From Deltaproteobacteria bacterium (GTDB taxonomy: Bacteria; Myxococcota_A; Polyangia; Polyangiales; Houyiibacteriaceae), in contig JAXMNT010000026.1 of the NCBI GenBank assembly GCA_034670305.1, positions 25,402 through 89,401 of the forward strand: DNA of 64,000 bases, read 5' to 3'. The translations under genes and the position numbers were made by a program. Below are positions 20,461-30,651 of the stretch, piece by piece; the stretch's first letter is position 1; each line of letters starts with the position of its first letter. Below the pieces are notes generated by a model. It was not told where the DNA came from, searched no databases, and saw only the letters and a list, made by a program, of their open reading frames with translations.

Positions 20461-21903
20461 TCAGCTGCTCAAGAAGACGTACGCGAGCAGACCGAAGGCC
20501 GCGACCATCACCGGCCAGAGCAGCCAGTAGTAGGTCTCCACCTTCTCGTCGGTGAGACTCAGCCGGCCGACTTCTTCCTCAGGCGCGTCTTCTTCCGCAT
20601 CGGAGTCCAGGGGAGCCGCGGGCGACTGTGGCGCGGCGGCGGGGGCAGCCGATGGGAACGCGGGGGCCGCGGCGAATGCGGGCGCGGACACAGGCTCGGC
20701 CGGGTCAGGCGACGAAACCGCCACGTCCACGACCACGGGTGCTTCGGCCACGCGCGGATCCCTGGGGTTGATCGTTTCGACCACTTCGACGACGGCGCCG
20801 GGCATCTCGGGTGGCGGACCCGGGTCGGTGATCCGCGATTCGACCGGAGGCGAGAACGTCGCGACCGCGGGTTTCGGGGAGGCCGCGGGCGGGCGTTCGC
20901 TCTGCCGCCGCGCCTCTCGAGCCACATCCGTGCCGGGGATGCCCATGATCGTCTTGGCCGCGCGGCGCGGGGGGGCGGGCGAAGCCGGCGGATCCTCGAA
21001 GTGCTCGGGCGGCTTGAAGTCCATGACCGTCGCCCACTCCTGCCGCTTGGAAGCGGTGGGAATCGGGAACGTGCCGGAGGTCTCGATGTGTTTGGCGGCG
21101 ATGCGGGAGCGCTGCGCGCCGGTCGTCGCCATCAACACCCGGTCGAGGAAGTCGTCGAGGTTGGCCCAGCGCACGGTCGGAGTGTGGTCGAGCGCCGTCG
21201 CGACGATGTCCACGAGCGCGCGCGGCACGTAGGGTTCGGACGCCAACGAGCGGGCGTCGCCGCGCAACTTGGCGCCCATGCGGTCTTCGGAGGTCGCGCC
21301 GGCGAATGGAAGCTTCTCGGTCAGCAGCGTGAAGAGGACCGACGCGGCACTGAACACATCGGAGCGCGCATCCATCTGGCCGCGCTCGATCGTCTCGGGC
21401 GCACGCGCTTCGACCTGAGAGGTGGCCCCCTCTTTCCAGTCGAGCGGGAGCAATGCGTCGTAGGGCAGGGCGAACGCCCGGCCGGCGTCCGTGAGTACGA
21501 TGGCCTCGATGCCGAGCGGCAGCCCAACCACCCCTTGCTCGGCGAGCGCAGCAATGCCCGAGTAGGCCTCCACGAACATCACGATGCGGTCTCGAACGCT
21601 CTCAGGCATCGCCTCGGAGAACGGCGCTGCAGCTCCGTCGACCCCGTCGAGGACCGCGAACATCACGTCGTCGTACTGCTCGATCGCCCGGAGCGAGATC
21701 AGGCTCGGGTGCCGCAGCTCCGTGAGCTGTCGCGCCTTGCGCGCCTCGTCGGTGTCCGGTTTGGGCAGCACCTCACACAGGGACACGTTCTCATACGTGC
21801 GGGTGTCGATCGCCGCGCGGTAGATGCCCTGTCCCCACGCCCGTTCGGCGAGCAGGTGGTACGGACCGACCACATCGCCGACGCTCAGACGATCTCTGGC
21901 CAT
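20461..21903 (-). CDS. Protein-kinase-like protein, probably a pseudokinase, with a Pro/Ala-rich linker and a C-terminal TM anchor
   Basis: It has a kinase-fold subdomain IX-like region (RSDVFSAASVLFTLLTEKLPF). The Gly-loop is degenerate, no VAIK Lys is present and no HRDLKP is recognisable. The C-terminus is a hydrophobic helix. Confidence 0.5.
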   Translation of the reverse strand: MARDRLSVGDVVGPYHLLAERAWGQGIYRAAIDTRTYENVSLCEVLPKPDTDEARKARQLTELRHPSLISLRAIEQYDDVMFAVLDGVDGAAAPFSEAMPESVRDRIVMFVEAYSGIAALAEQGVVGLPLGIEAIVLTDAGRAFALPYDALLPLDWKEGATSQVEARAPETIERGQMDARSDVFSAASVLFTLLTEKLPFAGATSEDRMGAKLRGDARSLASEPYVPRALVDIVATALDHTPTVRWANLDDFLDRVLMATTGAQRSRIAAKHIETSGTFPIPTASKRQEWATVMDFKPPEHFEDPPASPAPPRRAAKTIMGIPGTDVAREARRQSERPPAASPKPAVATFSPPVESRITDPGPPPEMPGAVVEVVETINPRDPRVAEAPVVVDVAVSSPDPAEPVSAPAFAAAPAFPSAAPAAAPQSPAAPLDSDAEEDAPEEEVGRLSLTDEKVETYYWLLWPVMVAAFGLLAYVFLSS

Positions 21904-22129
21904 GGATCCCACACGCATGATTTGAAAAGAGCAGGATTCATGCCGCAAGTCGAAGGCGGAGGATCACCCCGCAGATCGCGGCCGTCCAGTCCTTCATTGG
22001 GGTTTCTGGTCCCCGGATGGAAAGCATTGCGTGGTCGGTTGGTGGCGACTGCCCTAGCCACCCCATTCCAAGTGGTTTTCAACGTGACTCTGGGATGCGT
22101 GACCACAAGCCCCATGGTAGATCGTTCAG

Positions 22130-24232
22130 GTGTCGAATGCGTTTCGAATGGGGTGGGTGATCGTCGCGGTGGGGCTCGGCGGCTGCCCAGGCGGTGACGG
22201 CGGATTCGTGATCGATACCGAGCAGCCCGACGGGTCGGTCGTGCCGCCCTACCGGCCGCCGCGTTGCGGGGATGCTGGGGTGGGGGACGCGTCCTGCTCG
22301 GACGCGGACATCGTCGTGCCCGAAGTCGACGCGGGACCGCCGCCGCCGCCGTGCAACGAAGTGACGTTCTCGTTCTCGGGCGAAGCGACCACGGTGTGGG
22401 TCAGTGGTTCGTGGCTCGCCGACAGCGACGGCGTCTGGCCGACCAACCCGAGCGAAGGCGCGCTCGAGCTCGTCGCGGACGGTGCCGGCTTTTCGCTCAC
22501 GACGTTGATCGAGCCGATCGAACGCCATGAGTACAAGTTCATCCTCGACGGCGCCGACTGGATCCCCGATCCCGACAACCCGAGCCGCACACCGGACGGC
22601 GTCGGCGGCGAGAACAGTGTGCTCGACGTCTGTGGGGCCGCATGTGGCGACGTCTCGGTCTTCGACTGGCGCGACGCCGTCATGTACTTCGCGATGGTCG
22701 ATCGCTTCCGCGACTCGGATGGGTCGAGCGACGAGGTGAGCGGCGTCTCGGGCGGCGATGCGAGCCGCGGTCCGAGTGGACAGTACGAAGGCGGCGATCT
22801 GGCGGGCGTGACCGAACGGCTGCCGTACCTGGCGGACCTCGGCGTCACCGCCCTCTGGTTGTCGGCGCCCTACGAGAACCGGAACACCGCAGGCGAAGCG
22901 ATCGATCCCGGATCGGATCCGCACACCTACAGCGCCTACCACGGGTACTGGCCGTCGCCGGCGAACATCGACTACAGCGACCCGCGCGCGCCCTCCCCGC
23001 GCCCACAGATCGAATCGCGCATCGGAAGCGAAGCGGATCTGCGCACCTTGGTGGAGACCGCGCACGGTACGACCGGCGCCGACGGCCACGGGCTCAAGGT
23101 GCTCTTCGACTACGTGATGAACCACGTCGACTCGGAGAGCGGGCTGTACGCCGCGCACCGCGACTGGTTCGCGACCGACCCGGGCATGGGCGGGCGCATT
23201 CGAAGCTGCGGCCGCGAGAACCTCTGGGACGACCCATACTGGGGCACCCGCTGCGCGTTCACCGACTACCTCCCCCCCTTCGACTTCACGAACACCGACG
23301 CCCGCCGATGGTCGATCGACGACGCGCTCTGGTGGGCGCGCGAGTTCGACATCGACGGGTACCGGCTCGACGCGATCAAACACGTGCCCTTCGAGTGGCT
23401 CACGGATCTGCGGGACCGTGTCGACGTCGAGTTCAGCGACCCGGCGGGCGAACGCTTCTACCTGGTCGGCGAGACCTTCGCGTACGACGACCAAGCACTG
23501 CTCGCGGCCTACGTCGATCCCGACGAGATGCTGGACGGGCAATTCGACTTCCCGCTCAAGGCGCGGCTCTGCGAAGCGGTCTTCCGCCCAGACGGGGATC
23601 TGTCCGCGCTCGCGTCGTTCATGGACGGCAACGACACCTTCTACGGACCGAGCGCGATCATGACGACGTGGATCGGCAACCACGACATCCCGCGGGCGAT
23701 CCACTTCGCGAGCGGTGAGATCCCCAACTGCCGCGAAGGCTCGAACCCGGGCAACGGCTGGGACTGGGTCCCGAGCCAGCCTTCGGACGCCGCGCCCTAC
23801 GAACGGCTCGGGGTCGCGTTCGGCGTGCTCTTCACGAACCCGGGCGTGCCGCTCATCTACTACGGCGACGAGATCGGTCTCGCCGGTGGTGGCGACCCGG
23901 ACAACCGGCGCACGATGCCGTGGGACGATGGATCGCTGAACGCGCATCAACGCGCGCTCCGGGATCTCGTCACGCGGCTCGGCCAAGTGCGGGCGCAGAA
24001 CCCCGTGCTCTCGCGCGGCCGACGCCGCACCCTCTCGAGCGCACGCGACACGTGGGTCTTCGCACGCAGCGGGTGCGACGACGAAGTGATCGTCGCCATC
24101 AACCGCGCCGACTCCGCACAGAACGTGAACATTCCGGCGGCGAGCTACGACGAGCTGATCTCGGAGACGACCGTCGAAGGTGGATCGGTGCGTCTCGGGG
24201 CGCGAAGCCTGATGGTGCTGCGCGCCCGGTAG
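22130..24232 (+). CDS. GH13 alpha-amylase family lipoprotein
   Basis: It has a lipobox (LGGC) and GH13 regions I-IV (FDYVMNHVD; GYRLDAIKHV; YLVGETFAY; WIGNHDIPR). Confidence 0.8.
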   Translation: MSNAFRMGWVIVAVGLGGCPGGDGGFVIDTEQPDGSVVPPYRPPRCGDAGVGDASCSDADIVVPEVDAGPPPPPCNEVTFSFSGEATTVWVSGSWLADSDGVWPTNPSEGALELVADGAGFSLTTLIEPIERHEYKFILDGADWIPDPDNPSRTPDGVGGENSVLDVCGAACGDVSVFDWRDAVMYFAMVDRFRDSDGSSDEVSGVSGGDASRGPSGQYEGGDLAGVTERLPYLADLGVTALWLSAPYENRNTAGEAIDPGSDPHTYSAYHGYWPSPANIDYSDPRAPSPRPQIESRIGSEADLRTLVETAHGTTGADGHGLKVLFDYVMNHVDSESGLYAAHRDWFATDPGMGGRIRSCGRENLWDDPYWGTRCAFTDYLPPFDFTNTDARRWSIDDALWWAREFDIDGYRLDAIKHVPFEWLTDLRDRVDVEFSDPAGERFYLVGETFAYDDQALLAAYVDPDEMLDGQFDFPLKARLCEAVFRPDGDLSALASFMDGNDTFYGPSAIMTTWIGNHDIPRAIHFASGEIPNCREGSNPGNGWDWVPSQPSDAAPYERLGVAFGVLFTNPGVPLIYYGDEIGLAGGGDPDNRRTMPWDDGSLNAHQRALRDLVTRLGQVRAQNPVLSRGRRRTLSSARDTWVFARSGCDDEVIVAINRADSAQNVNIPAASYDELISETTVEGGSVRLGARSLMVLRAR

Positions 24233-24393
24233 CACGGTCGCGCCCTGGCGGTCGCCCTGCGGTCGCGCTGATCGCGTTCGATCGCGGATCGGATCGGATC
24301 GGGCACGAACACCGGCACGGGTCGGCGGTCGCGATCGCGCCCACTCCGTTCGCGCTCGATCGGGTCGCCTACCGGGCACACCGAGGGCACACT

Positions 24394-24894
24394 GTGCCCG
24401 TGACGACGCCTGACGCCGACCGGATCCGTGTGAGGGTGGAGACCGAGCCGACCGCAACGACGTGGACCGCCGATGTGGTGACCCGGCGCCCGCAGCGGAC
24501 CGCGATCGATCTGATCGCACTGGTGACCGCCACCGTGACCACCTTCATCCACTCCTGGGGCCGCGGCGTCGGGCTCTGGCTCGTGTGCCTGTGCGTCGCG
24601 GCGCTGATGGCGGCGCGACGCGTGTCGTCCAAGACCCGCGCCGCCAGAATCCGGCTCACCTCCGACACCCTTCACCTCGGCGGGTTGAAGATTCCGCGTG
24701 CGGAGATCACCGGCGCGTCGCTCCTGCCCGACGCGGTCGAAGGCGGAACGACGCTCGCCAAGGTCGAGCTGGTCGGCAACGATCAGAACTACGAGCTTCA
24801 GCTTCCCGAACCCGACGCACGCGCATTGCTCGACGCACTCGACCTCGACCCGGCCCAACGGAAGATGCGGGTGCGAGTCTCGAACACGGCATGA
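24394..24894 (+). CDS. Small membrane protein of unknown function
   Basis: It has a GTG start and two TM segments. It is translationally coupled (ATGA) to the next gene. Confidence 0.4.
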   Translation: MPVTTPDADRIRVRVETEPTATTWTADVVTRRPQRTAIDLIALVTATVTTFIHSWGRGVGLWLVCLCVAALMAARRVSSKTRAARIRLTSDTLHLGGLKIPRAEITGASLLPDAVEGGTTLAKVELVGNDQNYELQLPEPDARALLDALDLDPAQRKMRVRVSNTA

Positions 24895-25646
24895 AGTTCG
24901 CGGCCTGGAGCATCGCCTCCGCCATGCCCATCGGCGTGCTCGCGATCGGCGCGGCGTTCGGCATGAATGACCCCTCGAGCTTCGCCTGGCTCCTGCTGCC
25001 CGCGCTGGTTGGCTGGGTGGCGATGGCGCGCCTGGTCCACCGGTTCGTGCAACCTTTCCCGCTCGACATCGGCTCCGACGGGATCGCGTGGAAGGACATG
25101 CTCGGCAAGAAGATGTTCATCCGCCACCGCGACATCTTGACGGTCGACCTCGTCGAGTCGCCGTATTCGAAGTCCGACGCGAAGACCCACTTGGTGATCA
25201 CGAGCAAGGGACCGAGCGAGGTCTTCGCCGACGAACACGAGATCGAACTCGGGCCGGTCCCGGAGTCGCTGGGTGTGGTGGTGCGGGCACGCATCGCCGA
25301 CGCACTCGGAGACGAAGGCGACCCCCTGCCGCTCCTCGACCGCCGCGGGCAACCCACCGAGTCGTGGCGCAAGAAGCTGCGTGAGCTGATCGGCGAAGGG
25401 TACCGAGAGGCGCGCGTGCCGCGGGTGCGGGTGGTCTCGGTGCTCGAGGATCCCCACGCCTCGTCCGAGCGTCGGCTGGCCGCGGCGATCGCATTGGTCG
25501 AGTCGATGGACCCAGCGACACGGACCTTCGGCTCGAAACTCGCGAAGTCGATCGCGCGTTCGCTCGTCGATCCGGAGCTCGCGCACGCGCTCGAAGAACT
25601 GGCCGACGGCAACCTCGGCGACGAGAAACTCGAAGCCGTCGCCTGA
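24891..25646 (+). CDS. Membrane protein of unknown function
   Basis: It has two N-terminal TM helices and a soluble C-terminal domain. Its start overlaps the upstream stop. Confidence 0.45.
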   Translation: MKFAAWSIASAMPIGVLAIGAAFGMNDPSSFAWLLLPALVGWVAMARLVHRFVQPFPLDIGSDGIAWKDMLGKKMFIRHRDILTVDLVESPYSKSDAKTHLVITSKGPSEVFADEHEIELGPVPESLGVVVRARIADALGDEGDPLPLLDRRGQPTESWRKKLRELIGEGYREARVPRVRVVSVLEDPHASSERRLAAAIALVESMDPATRTFGSKLAKSIARSLVDPELAHALEELADGNLGDEKLEAVA

Positions 25647-25647
25647 C

Positions 25648-27333
25648 GTGCGTAGGTCGACCGACGGGTGGGGGTGGACCGGCGCGCGCAGCGCGTGGGC
25701 ACACGGTGCGCTTCTCTGCACGCTCGCCGCGTGCACTACGCCGGAGCCGTTGCCGCCGGTCGCGACCCACGTCGACGACTGGCGGGACGAGGTGCTCTAC
25801 CAGGTGGTCGTCGACCGGTTCGAGAACGGCGACCCTGGGAACGACGACCTCGATGGCGTCGGGGTCGGCGGGGCGCTCGAACGGCACCAAGGCGGCGACT
25901 GGGCAGGGCTCGAAAGCCGCCTCGACTACATCCAGGGACTCGGCGCGACCGCGCTGTGGATCTCGCCGATCGTCGCGAACGTCGACCGCACCGAATCCGA
26001 AGACGGCTACCACGGCTACTGGGCGAGCGACTTCACCGAGCTGAACCCACGCTTCGGCGGCCCCGACGATCTGCGCCGGCTGGTCCGCGCCGCCCACGAC
26101 CGGTCGATGCTGGTCGTCGTCGACGTGGTGACGAACCACGCCGGCCGCGTGTTCGGCTACGACTTGGATCGCGACGGAGCGGTGAGCGAGGGCGAAGTCG
26201 AGCCGCCGTTCCTCGACGCGGGCTACGACGTGCCGCTCGTCTGGTCGCACCGGCCGAGGCTCTGGCGCGACGACGCACGGTGGACGCTCGAAGCGTCTCA
26301 CTTTCACCGGAGGGGCGACGGCAACCTCGGCGACCCGCACGAACGCGTCTTCGGCGACTTCCCCACCGGCCTGCGGGACCTCGACACCGAACAAGCCGAG
26401 CTGCGCGACGCACTCGTCGAGACCTACGCGCGCTGGGCGACCGAGTTCGACCTCGACGGGTTCCGCATCGACGCGGTGCCGCACGTGGAGACGGACTTCT
26501 GGGCGACCTTCGGACGCGAGATCCGGGCGCGGCTGTCGCGCGAAGGCAAAGACCGGTTCTTGCTGCTCGGTGAGGTCTTCAGCGGCGACCCCTCGGTGCT
26601 CGCGCGCTACTCGGATGACGAAGGCGCGCTCGACGGCGCGTTCGACTTCGCGCTCAAGTTCGGCGTGGTCGACGCGGTGCTGCTCGACGGCGGCGCGCCC
26701 GCCACCGCCCGCGGCATCCTGGAAGGATCGGGCGCGTACCGCCCCTTCGGCCAGCCGGGCGGCGTCGGCCTCTCGCCGTGGCAAGCGCGGGTGGCGATCG
26801 CGGACAACCACGACACCTGGCGCATCCGCGGCGAACTCGATCGCTTCGAGTCGGTCGCACTCGCGCTGCTCTTGGTGACCACCGTCGATGCGATCCCCTG
26901 CATCTACTACGGCACCGAACAGGCGTTCCGAGGCATGGGCGGCGCGGGCAGCCGCGAGCGCATGTGGGAGAGCGGCTTCCGGACCGACGGCGAGACCTAC
27001 CAGTGGCTGCATCGTTTGCTCGAGCTGCGGGCGTCGCGCGAAGTCCTGCGGCGCGGCTCTTTGACAGTGCGCTACGCGAGCGAGAACGACGGCTTCAGCG
27101 ACGCGCCCGACGCGGGCCTGCTCGCCTACGAACGGGCGCTCGGCGACGAACGGATGTTGATCGTGCTCAACGCCCACGCGCTCCAGTCGTCGGCGGCGGT
27201 GGTGCCGTCTGGATTCGCGGCCGGCACGCGGCTCGTCGACGTGCTCGGCGGCGGCGAGGCGGAGGTCGGCGCGGGCGGCGCCATCTCGGTGGCACTCGGC
27301 CCGCGCGGCGCGGCGATGTACGAGCCGCGCTGA
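25648..27333 (+). CDS. GH13 alpha-amylase family lipoprotein (second paralogous-type enzyme)
   Basis: It has a lipobox (LCTLAAC) and regions DVVTNHAG, GFRIDAVPHV and LLGEVF. Confidence 0.8.
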   Translation: MRRSTDGWGWTGARSAWAHGALLCTLAACTTPEPLPPVATHVDDWRDEVLYQVVVDRFENGDPGNDDLDGVGVGGALERHQGGDWAGLESRLDYIQGLGATALWISPIVANVDRTESEDGYHGYWASDFTELNPRFGGPDDLRRLVRAAHDRSMLVVVDVVTNHAGRVFGYDLDRDGAVSEGEVEPPFLDAGYDVPLVWSHRPRLWRDDARWTLEASHFHRRGDGNLGDPHERVFGDFPTGLRDLDTEQAELRDALVETYARWATEFDLDGFRIDAVPHVETDFWATFGREIRARLSREGKDRFLLLGEVFSGDPSVLARYSDDEGALDGAFDFALKFGVVDAVLLDGGAPATARGILEGSGAYRPFGQPGGVGLSPWQARVAIADNHDTWRIRGELDRFESVALALLLVTTVDAIPCIYYGTEQAFRGMGGAGSRERMWESGFRTDGETYQWLHRLLELRASREVLRRGSLTVRYASENDGFSDAPDAGLLAYERALGDERMLIVLNAHALQSSAAVVPSGFAAGTRLVDVLGGGEAEVGAGGAISVALGPRGAAMYEPR

Positions 27334-27336
27334 ACG

Positions 27337-28092
27337 CTAAAAGTGCTCCCAGGGCGCGGTGAAGTTCGTCCTCGTCTCCGCGGCCGGGGCTTCGTCGTCG
27401 GCGAAGAACTCATCGAGGTAAGGCGCGGAGAAGTACGCGGCGCCGGCGAAGGCCAGCACCAGCGGGACGCGGGCGAGCTGCGCGGAGGCAGAGGCGATCT
27501 CGCCGGCGTTGAAGCGGTCGACGGCGCGCAGGCCACCGAAGAAGTCGTAGATCATCAGCGCCGGCACGATGGCCGCGAGCTCCGGGTGGCCGAGGAGCGC
27601 TGCGCCGATGGCGTTGGCTTCGAGCGCGAGGATGAGCCATGCGGTGTGCATCTGGCGCGCGTAGAAGTGGCCGGAGCCGAAGGTGAGCACCAGCGACGCG
27701 AACGCGGCGATGCGTTTGAGCTTCTTGTCGGTGTAGCCCTCTTCGTCGTCGCCCGGACCGCCGCGGTAGGGACCGTCGACCGCGGGCGGCTTGGGATCGG
27801 CGATCGGCTCGAGGATCTCGTCGGCGTCTTCGAGCGACGTGAGGATCTCGCGCGCCGCCTCCAGATCGCTCTGCCGGACCTTGATCGAGATCTTCACGTA
27901 GCCGCCGATCATGCCGAGCATGTGGCGGTGTTCGAGGCCCGGGGTGGCGACGACGATGCCCGCGTCTTGCAGCAGTTCGCGGTGGACCTCCGCTTCCATC
28001 GGGTCGTGCAGGGTCTCCAGCGTCACGAAGGAATCGTCGGTCACACCTTGAAGGTAGTGCCGCCCGGCAATCCGCGCTATGGCGGCGGCCAT
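27337..28092 (-). CDS. DUF2007-like (putative signal-transducing) domain protein with a C-terminal membrane region
   Basis: The N-terminal small domain FVTLETLHDPMEAEVHRELLQDAGIVV matches DUF2007-like proteins, and hydrophobic helices follow. The start is chosen at MAAAIARIAG. Confidence 0.45.
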   Translation of the reverse strand: MAAAIARIAGRHYLQGVTDDSFVTLETLHDPMEAEVHRELLQDAGIVVATPGLEHRHMLGMIGGYVKISIKVRQSDLEAAREILTSLEDADEILEPIADPKPPAVDGPYRGGPGDDEEGYTDKKLKRIAAFASLVLTFGSGHFYARQMHTAWLILALEANAIGAALLGHPELAAIVPALMIYDFFGGLRAVDRFNAGEIASASAQLARVPLVLAFAGAAYFSAPYLDEFFADDEAPAAETRTNFTAPWEHF

Positions 28093-29158
28093 GAGCAAGG
28101 CGGACGCTGCGGCGCAGGACGACGAAGTGGTGGAGAAGAAGGCCGTTGTGGCCGAAGTCGACGACACGCCGATGGCGCTGCTCGGCGCGCGCGCCGGCGT
28201 CGGAGGACTGCTCATGGGCCTGGCCAACCTGGTGCCTGGCATCAGCGGCGGCACCATGTTGCTCGCGTCCGGGATCTACCCACGCTTCATCAAAGCGGTG
28301 GCCGAGGTCTCGACCCTGAAGTTCCGCAAGCGGTCCATCTTCGTGCTCGGGGTGATCGTGGTGGCCGCGCTGTCGGCGATCGTGCTGCTCGCCGGCCCGG
28401 TGAAGTCGCTCGTCGTCTCTCACCGCTGGGTCATGTACAGCCTGTTCATCGGGCTGACCCTCGGTGGTGTCCCGGTGGTCTGGAAACTCGCCAAACCGGC
28501 GAGCTCCGCGACCTGGATCGGCGCCGTGCTCGGGTTCGTCCCGATGGCGGTGCTGGCGTACTTCCAGATGACCGGGTCCGATGGGGGCGCGGACAACGAA
28601 GGGTTCGTGATGATGTTCCTCGCCGGCGTGGCGGGGGCGAGCGCCATGATCCTGCCGGGGGTGAGCGGCGGCTACCTGCTCTTGGTCATGGGCGTCTACG
28701 TCACGATCTTGGGCGCGGTCGATGCGTGCAAGGTCGCGGTCAAAGCCGGCGCGTGGGGCGATCTCGGCGACCCGTTTCTGAGCGTGGTGTTGCCGGTCGG
28801 CCTCGGCGTCGTGGTCGGCGTCTTGATCGTGAGCAACGGGCTCCAGTGGCTCTTGAAGAAGTACGAGAAGGTCACCCTCGGTGCGCTGCTCGGTTTGCTC
28901 GTCGGTGCGGTCGTTGGCTTGTGGCCGTTCCAGCGCGGCGTGGCGCCGGCCATCGGCGACCTGTTCAAGGGCCAGGTCGTCACCGCGGAATCGCTGACGG
29001 AGATCGCTCCGGAGAAATACCCGACCGAGTTCTTCACGCCGGACGGCGGACAGATCGCGACCGTGCTCGGTCTCGTGGTGGTGGGCTTTTTGGCCACGGC
29101 ACTCGTGGCCAAACTCGGCGCCGGCAAAGACGACGCGAAGAAGGCCGCGAAGGCGTGA
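28079..29158 (+). CDS. DUF368 family membrane protein (undecaprenyl-phosphate translocase PopT-like)
   Basis: It has the duplicated GISGGTMLL and GVSGGYLLL motifs characteristic of DUF368, and about 8 TM segments. Confidence 0.65.
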   Translation: MAAAMSKADAAAQDDEVVEKKAVVAEVDDTPMALLGARAGVGGLLMGLANLVPGISGGTMLLASGIYPRFIKAVAEVSTLKFRKRSIFVLGVIVVAALSAIVLLAGPVKSLVVSHRWVMYSLFIGLTLGGVPVVWKLAKPASSATWIGAVLGFVPMAVLAYFQMTGSDGGADNEGFVMMFLAGVAGASAMILPGVSGGYLLLVMGVYVTILGAVDACKVAVKAGAWGDLGDPFLSVVLPVGLGVVVGVLIVSNGLQWLLKKYEKVTLGALLGLLVGAVVGLWPFQRGVAPAIGDLFKGQVVTAESLTEIAPEKYPTEFFTPDGGQIATVLGLVVVGFLATALVAKLGAGKDDAKKAAKA

Positions 29159-29161
29159 CCG

Positions 29162-30205
29162 TCACCGCGTGGTGAACGCGCGGACCTGAGCGCGCTGGGT
29201 TTCGGTCCACGCGCTGGCGCCGTCTTTCGCACGGGCCGACCAGAGCCACGCGCCGACGTAGCCGCGGTCTCGAATGTGTTCGAGGCGGCCGCGCAGGTAC
29301 TGGTTCGGGTCGTGGTCGGTGGGGAGTGGCCAGCGCATGTGCTGGAGGTGAAACCGCGGACCCTGCGCGGACGCGAACTCACCGACGACCGCGTTGGGGG
29401 TCGCGGCGCGCGGGAGGGTTCGGAGCAGCGGGGTCGGATAGTGGTGGATTTGCCAGAGGCCGCGCTCGACCACCCGGCGCGCTCCTGCGGTCAGCCAGTC
29501 CGGACAGCGCGCGAAGCCGACCGTGGGCGTGAAGCCGGCGTCGGCCACCCGCTGGCTGAGACCGACCAGCAACGCTTCGAGCCCCGGTCGCTCCACCCGA
29601 TCGCGCGTGCGGACCCACCGGCCGCCGACCCTTCGCACGTGCAGCGGGCCGCCCTTCACGATCCAGTCCGGTTCGTTGCAGATCTCGAAGGCGCGCACGT
29701 ACTTCGGTCGGATGACCTCGAGCATCGGCGCGACGAGCGTGTCGAAGGTCTCGTCCGGATCCGATTGCAGCACGTGCCGCAGGCCGCCGGAGATCACGCC
29801 GCCGCTTCGGACGACCATCGGGAAGAACGCCTCGAACGAGACCAGCGAAGGCACGAGCTGCATGCCGGCGTTCGCGCAGGCGGTCTCGAGCTTCGCGAGA
29901 TCCGCGAGGAACGCATCGGTGGGCGGGACTGGACGGCCACGAAAGTGGCCCGCGTGCACCTTCCAGGTGGGCGCGCGCCCCACCGGGTAGTTCACCCCGC
30001 CGGCCAGAAGCCAGAAGCGCGCGACCTGGATCCCGTCGGCGCGCCACGAAGAGAGATCGCGTTCCAGTTCCCCGAAGTCCGTCCGGCGCGCGCCGGCCCA
30101 CGGGGGCGGCTTCTCACCGAAGTCGTGGCCACACGAGACCCAGGGAACCGAGAGACCGAGCTGCACCGCGGGAGCATAGTGCGATGTGTCAGTGCTGGGC
30201 TCCAC
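29162..30205 (-). CDS. TIM-barrel glycoside hydrolase, GH5-clan-like
   Basis: It has FEICNEPDW (the catalytic acid NEP motif) and GEFAS (a putative nucleophile Glu). Confidence 0.5.
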   Translation of the reverse strand: MEPSTDTSHYAPAVQLGLSVPWVSCGHDFGEKPPPWAGARRTDFGELERDLSSWRADGIQVARFWLLAGGVNYPVGRAPTWKVHAGHFRGRPVPPTDAFLADLAKLETACANAGMQLVPSLVSFEAFFPMVVRSGGVISGGLRHVLQSDPDETFDTLVAPMLEVIRPKYVRAFEICNEPDWIVKGGPLHVRRVGGRWVRTRDRVERPGLEALLVGLSQRVADAGFTPTVGFARCPDWLTAGARRVVERGLWQIHHYPTPLLRTLPRAATPNAVVGEFASAQGPRFHLQHMRWPLPTDHDPNQYLRGRLEHIRDRGYVGAWLWSARAKDGASAWTETQRAQVRAFTTR

Positions 30206-30651
30206 GGAACGGCGAGGGAGACCTGGTGACCGGGGGACCGACCCATTGGTGGATGGTGGTGGACAGGAACGGCGCGAGGCCGACGCCGACGAACCCGACG
30301 AGAACGACGCCGAGGCCAGGAGTCAGCGCCAGGCCCAAGGCTTCGAGGGAGAGGAGTCCGGCGCTGATCAGGAGCGACAAGCCGCCGAACCGCGACAACC
30401 GCCGATCCTGGCTTCCATCGACCGGTCCTTGGAGTTCGTCCTCCTCCACCGTGCGTGTGTAGAGGATTGCGGCGACGAGCCAGACGATGGTCACGACTTC
30501 GGTCATGGGCTGGCTATGAGCACGAAGGGTGCCGGCGGTTGGCCTTGGTTTTTCCCGTCATGTGCATGGATCTTGCGGGAGAAAGCGGAGCGGTTTTCTT
30601 CGAGTTGTGGAAAAGTGCCCGATAGCAGGCAGGCTCTAGCCAACTCCCTGG

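Noticed and set aside
22079-24520. 813-aa minus-strand ORF
   Set aside because: It is antisense to the GH13 amylase and has no recognisable motifs. The amylase frame carries all four GH13 regions.
25198-27177. 659-aa minus-strand ORF, and similar long antisense ORFs at 24707-25736, 34110-35951, 36736-38196, 38768-40390, 43926-45809, 47745-49613, 50745-52520, 53586-54953, 55798-57720 and 56822-58789
   Set aside because: All are opposite strongly supported genes (amylase, HTTM, deaminase, DAHP synthase, paralog lipoproteins, kinase, ACP/OMT, Bax1/XPB). Their Arg/Ala/Gly-rich translations have no motifs and are GC-skew artefacts.
30189-30506. 105-aa hydrophobic ORF on the minus strand
   Set aside because: It overlaps the 5' end of the GH5-like gene region and has weak coding evidence. 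It is left unannotated.
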